Under the pieces are notes generated by a model. That model was not told the origin of the DNA and did no database searches. It saw only the letters and a list, made by a program, of their open reading frames with translations. A DNA stretch of 64,000 nucleotides from positions 7,771 through 71,770 of the forward strand of contig NZ_JBMNPX010000010.1 in NCBI RefSeq assembly GCF_050943825.1, given 5' to 3'. The DNA is from Pseudoflavonifractor sp. (lineage in GTDB: Bacteria > Bacillota > Clostridia > Oscillospirales > Oscillospiraceae). Of this stretch, positions 57,315 through 64,000 are shown in pieces (within the stretch, counting starts at the first letter, position 1; every line of letters starts with the position of its first letter). Position numbers and translations under genes: made by a program.

Positions 57315-58280
57315 TTAAAACTGTTCCAGCAGGAAGCGGCCGATGCTCTCCATGGCCAGATTGGCCTTGCGGGTGGGGAACATCTGGAACACATGCCACA
57401 TGTCGTTCCAAACCTCCAGGCGGCAAGGCACCTGGGCGGCGTTCATCCGGTCCCGGAGGCGGATGGAGTCGGAGAGGAGCAGCTCGTTGCTGCCGGCCTG
57501 AATCAGGGTGGGCGGGAAGCCGGTAAAGTCCCCGAAGAGGGGGGAGAGGAGGGGGTTGGTCAGATCGTGATCCCTGGCGTAGGCGGCCCGGACGGCCTTG
57601 ATGTACTCCAGGGTGATGGTGGGGTCCAGGGCGGCCCGCTCGGTGTAGGACTTGCCGCTGGCGGTCATGTCGGTCCAGGGGGACATGAGGATGAGCCGGG
57701 CGGGCAGCCTGCGGCCCATGGCCTTGAGCCGGTGGCAGAGCACCAGGGCCATGTTGCCTCCGGCGGAGTCGCCGGCCACTACAATGTCCCGTGCGCCGTA
57801 GCCCTGGTACATCAGGTAGTCCCAGGCCTTCATGGCGTCGTCGGCAGCGGCGGGGAAGGGGTGCTCGGGGGCCAGGCGGTACTCAAAGGCCAGCACCTCC
57901 CAGCCGGTGACGCTGGCCAGCTTGGCGGCCAGGGGGCGGGAGTAGCCCAGATTGCCGGTGGTGTAGCCGCCGCCGTGGCAGTAGAGCACGGCCCGGCGCC
58001 GGTCGTGGCCCCGCTCGGGCCGGACCCAGGCGGCGTTCATGCCCTCCAGGCAGAAGGACTCCCACTTCATGCCCAGCATGGGGGCTGCCAGACGGCCCAG
58101 CAGCTGCTGGGCGGCACGCTGCCGCTCCAGATCCTCCGGCGCCATGGACTCGGGCAGGGTGGCGGAGTGGATGGCCTTGAGGGCCCGCATCATGGGGGCC
58201 AGCCGCCGGTCCTCGGCGGTCTCCCTGCGGGCGATGGGACGGATGAGCTTCATCCGGCGTTTTTCGGGTTTGTGTTCCAT
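57315..58280 (-). CDS. HSL-family esterase/lipase (Abhydrolase_3)
   Basis: HGGG, YRLAPEHPFPAA, GDSAG, E.L.SD, MWHVF. Confidence 0.92.
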   Translation of the reverse strand: MEHKPEKRRMKLIRPIARRETAEDRRLAPMMRALKAIHSATLPESMAPEDLERQRAAQQLLGRLAAPMLGMKWESFCLEGMNAAWVRPERGHDRRRAVLYCHGGGYTTGNLGYSRPLAAKLASVTGWEVLAFEYRLAPEHPFPAAADDAMKAWDYLMYQGYGARDIVVAGDSAGGNMALVLCHRLKAMGRRLPARLILMSPWTDMTASGKSYTERAALDPTITLEYIKAVRAAYARDHDLTNPLLSPLFGDFTGFPPTLIQAGSNELLLSDSIRLRDRMNAAQVPCRLEVWNDMWHVFQMFPTRKANLAMESIGRFLLEQF

Positions 58281-58486
58281 GGGAACCTCCTTGGAAAGAT
58301 AGGGGGAAAATGCCCGCAGACGGGGCATCAGGTGACGTTGAGGATAGATTATATCATACTATGCCCGGCGGGAAAAGAAAAGAGGGAGAATTTGCGGCGG
58401 CCGGGCGGGTTGTAGTTTTGGGCGGAGCATGTTACAATGTTGGATGCTGAAACGGCCCTCATCGGGCCGGGAGAAGAGGGAAGACG

Positions 58487-59776
58487 ATGCCCAGACAGAA
58501 GAAGGAAAAGCCGGACTGGTATCCGCTGGACAATGCGGGCGTGCTCTACGCCTCCATCCAGAAGGAGAAGTACTCGGCCATCTACCGGTTTTCGGCGGTG
58601 ATGACGGAGGAAGTGGACCCTGCGGCCCTCCAGCGGGCGGTGGACAAGACCATGCCCCGGTTTCCCGGCTTCCGGGTGCGGATCAAGCAGGGACTGTTCT
58701 GGTACTACCTGGAGCCCAACGACGCCCCGGGCCCCTTTGTCCGGCCGGATATCGCCAACCCCTGCCAGCCGGTGCGGTTCAAGGAGGACAACGGCTGGCT
58801 GGTGCGGTTTTACTACTACCGGCGGCGCATCTCACTGGAGGTGTTCCACGCCCTGTCGGACGGCAGCGGCGCGCTGACCTTTTTCCGCACCCTGCTGGCG
58901 GTGTACCTGCGGGAGACGGGGGTGGATGTGCCCGAGGGCGGCGGCGTGCTGGATATCAGCGAGCCTCCGCCCAGGGAGGAGATGGAGGACGCCTATTCCT
59001 GCTATGTGGGAAGCAGGGTGCTCCGTGGCGGCTGGCAGAAGAAGGCCTATCCCAACACCAGTGAAGCGGAACCCTTTTACACCCTGAACGTGACCATGGG
59101 CTTCATGCCGGTGGATAAGCTCAAGGAGGTGGCCAAACGCCACGGCGCGTCCATCACCGAGTATCTGGCGGCGGTGCTGATGCAGGCCATCATGGAGAAC
59201 CAGGCGGCGGAGAAGCCCCACCGGCCCCGTCCGGTGGCACTGGCCATCCCCATCAACCTGCGGGGCTGGTTCCCGTCCAAAACCCTGCGGAATTTCATCC
59301 TTACGGTGCGGCCCTGCATCGACCCGTCTCTGGGGGAGTACAGCTTTCAGGAGATTGTGGACCGGGTGCACCACTTCATGCGGCTGAGCATCAACCGGCA
59401 GGAGATGCGGGCGGTGTTCACGGGCAACGTGCGCTTCACCACCAACCGGTTCCTCCAGATTATCCCCGTGGTGCTGAAGAACCCGGTCATGTCCCTGTCC
59501 TACCGGCTGCTGGCGGCCCGGCCCTACTCGGCCACCTACACCAACCCGGGCCAGTTCAAGGTGCCGCCCGAGATGGCGCCCCACATCCAGCGGATGGAGG
59601 TCATTCTGGGCCAGGCCACCCGGCCGTCGCCCCACTGCGCCTCCATGAGCTACGGGAATGTGATGGAGGTGACCTTCGCGGGCACAGGGGTGTCCAGCGA
59701 GACGGAGCGGCGGTTCTTCACCCACCTGGTCAAAGAGGGAATACCGGTGCGGGTGGAGAGCAATCGAACAAACTGA
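58487..59776 (+). CDS. Alcohol-acetyltransferase / condensation-domain-like acyltransferase
   Basis: HxxxDG motif FHALSDG, IPINLR; stand-alone, ~430 aa. Confidence 0.78.
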   Translation: MPRQKKEKPDWYPLDNAGVLYASIQKEKYSAIYRFSAVMTEEVDPAALQRAVDKTMPRFPGFRVRIKQGLFWYYLEPNDAPGPFVRPDIANPCQPVRFKEDNGWLVRFYYYRRRISLEVFHALSDGSGALTFFRTLLAVYLRETGVDVPEGGGVLDISEPPPREEMEDAYSCYVGSRVLRGGWQKKAYPNTSEAEPFYTLNVTMGFMPVDKLKEVAKRHGASITEYLAAVLMQAIMENQAAEKPHRPRPVALAIPINLRGWFPSKTLRNFILTVRPCIDPSLGEYSFQEIVDRVHHFMRLSINRQEMRAVFTGNVRFTTNRFLQIIPVVLKNPVMSLSYRLLAARPYSATYTNPGQFKVPPEMAPHIQRMEVILGQATRPSPHCASMSYGNVMEVTFAGTGVSSETERRFFTHLVKEGIPVRVESNRTN

Positions 59777-59808
59777 CGGCCTGCGGGCTGTCTCAGAGGT
59801 GAGAGGAA

Positions 59809-60513
59809 ATGTCATACTGCGTCAACTGCGGTGTGGAGCTGGACGACACGGCCCAGGCCTGTCCGCTGTGCCACACGCCGGTGCTCAACCCCAACAAGCC
59901 GGTGGACATGTGGGGACCCAAGCCCTTTCCCACGGAGAAGGGGGAGGTGCCGCCGGTGTCCCGGTGGGAGCTCTCTCTGCTCATCAGCGCCATGCTGCTG
60001 TCGGTGTCGGTGTGCTGCGGGGTGCTGAATCTGTTCCTGCGGCCGGACCGGGGCTGGTCGCTGTACATCATCGGCGCGGCGGTGATGCTGTGGATCTGGT
60101 TTGTGCCGCCGCTGCTGCTGCGGCGGATGCACATCTGCCTGCGGCTGGGATTTGACGTGCTGGCCATTGCCCTGTATGTGTTCCTTATCTCGGTGGACCT
60201 GAACGGCAGCGACTGGTACTGGCATCTGGCGCTGCCCATCATCCTGCTGGGCGGCGCGATTCTGCTGTGCCTGGCGCTGATTTTCCGGGGCGGAAAGCGG
60301 TCCATCCTCACCACCACCACCCTCATCATCGGCGCCATTGGGCTGTTCCTGCTGGGGGTGGAACTGTTTGTGGACCACTTCCTCACCGGTACATGGCAGC
60401 CCGGCTGGTCCCTGGTGGTGGTGACGGTGTGCGTGGCACTGGTGATTCCCCTGGTGATTGTCCGCCGGGTGCCCTCCCTGCGGGAAGAGGTCCGGCGCAG
60501 GTTCCATATGTAA
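59809..60513 (+). CDS. Zn-ribbon membrane protein (DUF6320-like)
   Basis: CVNCG...CPLC N-terminus followed by about 6 TM helices and a ..RRRFHM end. Confidence 0.78.
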   Translation: MSYCVNCGVELDDTAQACPLCHTPVLNPNKPVDMWGPKPFPTEKGEVPPVSRWELSLLISAMLLSVSVCCGVLNLFLRPDRGWSLYIIGAAVMLWIWFVPPLLLRRMHICLRLGFDVLAIALYVFLISVDLNGSDWYWHLALPIILLGGAILLCLALIFRGGKRSILTTTTLIIGAIGLFLLGVELFVDHFLTGTWQPGWSLVVVTVCVALVIPLVIVRRVPSLREEVRRRFHM

Positions 60514-60562
60514 GAAAAAACCGCCTGCCGGCATTGCGCCGGCAGGCGGTTCTGACGTCTTA

Positions 60563-60757
60563 TAGCTCCCCGCTCTGGCCGTGTGGACCCATTTAAAACC
60601 TGCACGAAATGGCAGGTGGGTTGCCTCCATGATGTTTCTCCGCTTCCAACTTCCGACCTCGGGAGTCGGGAGGCCTGCGATCCGCACCATGAGTGGGGCA
60701 TCCCGTTTCAGAAATGTGGGTTTAAATAAAGCCCATCACGCACCGAGCAGGGAGGGG
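60563..60757 (-). ncRNA. ssrS: 6S RNA
   Basis: About 190-nt irregular hairpin: closing stem CTCCCTGCTC/GAGCGGGGAG and ATTTAAACC/GGTTTTAAAT pairing. Firmicute 6S-like motifs ACATTT..GGGATGCCC, GGCAACCCACCTGC..GCAGGTT and ACGGC. Ends approximate. Confidence 0.8.
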
Positions 60758-60769
60758 AAAAGAAAGACC

Positions 60770-61075
60770 TTACTGGTCCTCCTCCTCGTCCGCAAACAGC
60801 TGCTCCATAAACTGCTGGTACACCAGCTCCAGCTCCTCATCGCTGTCCAGGGTGGAGAGCTGCTCCTCGCCGTTCTCCTCCACAACCTTCATGATGATGA
60901 GGCCGTACTCCTCGTCCAGATCCACATCCTCCACATCCTTGCCGTCCTCGACGGTGGGGAAGAAGGCCATGTAGGTCTCGCCGTTGTACTCCAGGGTGTC
61001 CAGATGCTCCAGCTCAAACTCGTTGCCGTCCTCGTCCGTGACGGTGATAAAATCCGGGCCGTACTCTTCGCTCAT
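60770..61075 (-). CDS. DUF1292-domain acidic protein
   Basis: ITVTDEDGNEFELE...YNGETY...LDSDEE; highly acidic. Confidence 0.9.
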   Translation of the reverse strand: MSEEYGPDFITVTDEDGNEFELEHLDTLEYNGETYMAFFPTVEDGKDVEDVDLDEEYGLIIMKVVEENGEEQLSTLDSDEELELVYQQFMEQLFADEEEDQ

Positions 61076-61324
61076 AGTCTGCACCGTTTCCTTTCCGATG
61101 TTTACATTGGTATTGTAACCTGAATGCAGAAAAAATGCAAGAGAGGGACGAGCCAAATTTTATCCGGCGTTTACAACGGGCAGGAATTGTAAATCATTAG
61201 GGTGGACAAGAAGGCAATTTATGTTTATAATACCTTTTATGCTGGTGGGGTGTAACCATTGGCGCATGGAGACTGGAAAGTGCAACGAATTGTATAGAGC
61301 ACCATAGCTTACGGAGGTGTTATT

Positions 61325-64000
61325 TTGGCCAATACCAACGAGACCCGGGGCGGAAGTCCGGGTCAGACCCCAGCGCCGCGGCGCAGAAAACGCAGAAAAC
61401 GGGGCAGTACGGTGGGCCGTGTCTTTGCCACCATCGGCAAGGTCGTGGGCACGCTGCTCCTGGTGGGCATCACCACCTGTGCATTTCTGGCCTGCTTTGC
61501 GGCGGTCTATATTCAGCAGGTGATCATGCCCCAGACCGACCTGAATCTGGGCGACTTTATTGTAGATATGTCTCTCTCCAGCACCATGTATTACACCGAC
61601 AGCAGCGGCAACCTTCAGGAGCTGCGCACCATCTACGGCTCCGACGGCAACCGCGTCTGGGTGGAGTATGAGGACATTCCTGAGAACCTGATCAACGCCA
61701 CCATCGCCATTGAGGACCACCGCTTCCGGGAGCACCACGGCGTGGACTGGATCCGCACAGCCAAGGGCGTGCTGCTCATGTTCACCGGCGGCGACATCCA
61801 GGGCGGCTCCACCATCACCCAGCAGCTCATCAAGAACCTGACCACCGACAAGGAGGTCACGGTGCAGCGGAAGATTCTGGAGATTTTCCGCGCACTGGAG
61901 TTTGAGAAGAAGTACTCCAAGGACCAGATTCTGGAGGCGTATCTCAACTATATCTACCTGGGCGAGCGCTGCAACGGCGTCTATACCGCGGCCTATACCT
62001 ACTTCGGCAAGGACGTGTCCCAGCTCTCCCTGGCCGAGTGCGCCAGTCTCATCAGCATCACCAACAACCCCTCACTCTACAACCCCTATATCAACCGGGA
62101 GAACAACACCAAGCGCGCCAACCTGGTCATCAGCCGAATGCTGGAGCTGGAGATGATCTCCCAGGAGGAGTACGACCAGGCCAAGGCCGAGCTGGACGCC
62201 GGACTGAACTTTGTCCGGGGCGAGGACGAGGAGCGGGACGAGACCGCCTACACCTGGTATGAGGACCAGGTGATTGACGACGTGGTGGCCGACCTGATGG
62301 AGAAGTACGACTACTCCGAGACCACCGCGCTGAACATGATCTACTACGGCGGCCTGACTATTGAGACCTGTCTGGACATGGACATCCAGAACATCGTGGA
62401 TTCGGTCTATCAGGACATGGACAATCTGCCCTACATCTCCTCCTCCGGCCAGCAGCTCCAGTCCGCTATCGTCATCGTGGACCCGGACGGCAACATTGTG
62501 GCCCTGTCCGGCGGCATGGGAGAGAAGGAGGGCAGCCGTATCTGGAGCCGCGCCACCGACAGTAAGCGGGCCCCCGGCTCTGCCTTCAAGCCCCTGTCGG
62601 TGTACGCCCCTGCCATTGACATGGGCCTCATCACCCCGGGCACTGTGTTTGACGACAGTCCCTATCAGCTGGAGGGGGGCAGCCCCTACCCCAGCAACTC
62701 CTACGGCAGCTACCTGGGCCGCATGACCGTCCGGGACGCCGTCAAGATCTCCTCCAACACCGTGGCCATCAAGACCCTGGCCATGCTGACACCCCAGGTC
62801 TCCTTTGACTTCCTGACCACCAAGCTGGGCTTTACCAACAGCGACGACGGCCTGGTGTACCAGAAGCAGGTGGGCGACCGGACCCTGACCGACGTGGCCC
62901 TGGCGCCTCTGTCCATGGGCGGCCTGACCAACGGCGTGTCCGTCCGTGAGATGGCCACCGCCTACTCCGTGTTCCCCCGGGGCGGCACCTATCTGGACAG
63001 CCGCACCTACTACCGGGTGCTGGACTCCAAGGGCAACGTCCTGCTGGATACCAATGAGGACCGTGTGCCCGTCACCGCCGTGAAGGACACCACCGCCTGG
63101 TATATCAACTCCATGCTGGAGGACGTGGTGAGCACCCAGCGGGTAAGCGGCAACATCGCCACCGGCTACGAGGCCGTTCTGGACAACATGACCGTGGCCG
63201 GCAAGACCGGTTCCACCAACTCCAACCGGGACCGCTGGTTCGTGGGCTACACGCCCTACTACACCGCCGCCGTCTGGTGCGGCTACGACCAGCAGGAGCG
63301 CATCACCTCCAAGGGCAACCCGGCGGCTCAGATGTGGACCAAGGTCATGAGCCAGGTCCACGCCGGACTGGAGAACAAGGACTTCCCCAAGCCGGACGGA
63401 CTGACTGAGGTGACCATCTGTACCGAGAGCGGCATGATTGCCACCGACGCCTGCGCCATGGACCCCCGCGGCCTTCAGACCGTGAAGGAGTACTACTTCG
63501 CAGGCGACGCGCCCACCGAGTACTGCACCGTCCACAATACCACCCCCTTCCCCGAGGGCGGACTGGTGACCGTGTGTCTGGACGATCCCTTCCTCAACAG
63601 CAGCGGCAATCCCACTGGCATGTACCACATCGCCGGGGAGAACTGCCCTGAGTCCAGCAAGGCCACCGTGTCGGTGCTGGATTTTGTCCGGGAGCGTGTG
63701 GGCAGCAATTACAGCATCGCCGACGATATCTTTACCAAGGACTATCTGATCCAGGCGGGTTCGGCGGCCTACTGTACCGTCCACAATGAGGTGCTGCCCT
63801 ATGACCCGGCCACCTTCAACATTGACGACAAGACCACCTGGCCCACCCAGGCCCAGTGGCCCGGCTTCAATCCGGAGGATGAGAGCACCTGGCCTTTTGT
63901 GGAGACAACAGAGCCGGAGCCCTATGACCCGGAGAGCTTTGACTTCCTCAACCCGGACACCTGGCCCACCCAGGAGCAGTGGCCCGGCTTTGACATTGAG
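61325..64000 (+). CDS. Class A penicillin-binding protein (PBP1A family), 3' end outside the window
   Basis: Not in the ORF track because it has no stop. TTG start with RBS GGAGGT, basic N-tail plus TM, transglycosylase motifs AIEDHRF, GGSTITQQ, RKILE, EAYLN, and transpeptidase motifs SAFK, SSN, KTG. Confidence 0.93.
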   Translation, partial: MANTNETRGGSPGQTPAPRRRKRRKRGSTVGRVFATIGKVVGTLLLVGITTCAFLACFAAVYIQQVIMPQTDLNLGDFIVDMSLSSTMYYTDSSGNLQELRTIYGSDGNRVWVEYEDIPENLINATIAIEDHRFREHHGVDWIRTAKGVLLMFTGGDIQGGSTITQQLIKNLTTDKEVTVQRKILEIFRALEFEKKYSKDQILEAYLNYIYLGERCNGVYTAAYTYFGKDVSQLSLAECASLISITNNPSLYNPYINRENNTKRANLVISRMLELEMISQEEYDQAKAELDAGLNFVRGEDEERDETAYTWYEDQVIDDVVADLMEKYDYSETTALNMIYYGGLTIETCLDMDIQNIVDSVYQDMDNLPYISSSGQQLQSAIVIVDPDGNIVALSGGMGEKEGSRIWSRATDSKRAPGSAFKPLSVYAPAIDMGLITPGTVFDDSPYQLEGGSPYPSNSYGSYLGRMTVRDAVKISSNTVAIKTLAMLTPQVSFDFLTTKLGFTNSDDGLVYQKQVGDRTLTDVALAPLSMGGLTNGVSVREMATAYSVFPRGGTYLDSRTYYRVLDSKGNVLLDTNEDRVPVTAVKDTTAWYINSMLEDVVSTQRVSGNIATGYEAVLDNMTVAGKTGSTNSNRDRWFVGYTPYYTAAVWCGYDQQERITSKGNPAAQMWTKVMSQVHAGLENKDFPKPDGLTEVTICTESGMIATDACAMDPRGLQTVKEYYFAGDAPTEYCTVHNTTPFPEGGLVTVCLDDPFLNSSGNPTGMYHIAGENCPESSKATVSVLDFVRERVGSNYSIADDIFTKDYLIQAGSAAYCTVHNEVLPYDPATFNIDDKTTWPTQAQWPGFNPEDESTWPFVETTEPEPYDPESFDFLNPDTWPTQEQWPGFDIE

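Overview
64-kb window of a high-GC Bacillota chromosome. The many SLH-domain proteins, DUF4317, DUF1292 and the TIGR03960/TIGR03936 pair point to a gut Oscillospiraceae-type organism (inference). The left ~35 kb looks accessory and is organised around tRNA-Ala(GGC). A promoter-less 3' copy of this tRNA plus its terminator (att-like, 178-268) precedes an eight-gene cluster with no redox enzyme: alpha/beta hydrolase, catalytically dead HMG-CoA-synthase fold fused to DUF35, SCP2-type thiolase, two family III CoA-transferases, MFS, MLE-subgroup enolase, PucR regulator and YjiH-type transporter. Five SLH surface-protein genes surround the intact tRNA-Ala (19311-19386), including an ~8.7-kb gene broken by one in-frame TAG. 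Also here are an AT-rich orphan membrane gene and a MATE / STAND-NTPase-TPR / HTH-like operon whose divergent promoter region is a 26-bp inverted repeat. The right ~29 kb is mostly housekeeping: gal operon with LacI regulator, Na/Pi cotransporter, two tRNA-Ser, radical SAM pair, malQ, split CobW, HAD, MarR, clpC, ferredoxin, brnQ, esterase, acyltransferase, 6S RNA and a PBP1A truncated at the window edge. That part hides a two-repeat, one-spacer type I-E CRISPR-like unit (29+32+29 nt) with no cas genes, and a probable attenuator upstream of the Na/Pi gene. No searches were run. Family calls rest on recognised motifs, and start codons were re-picked by eye using RBS position.
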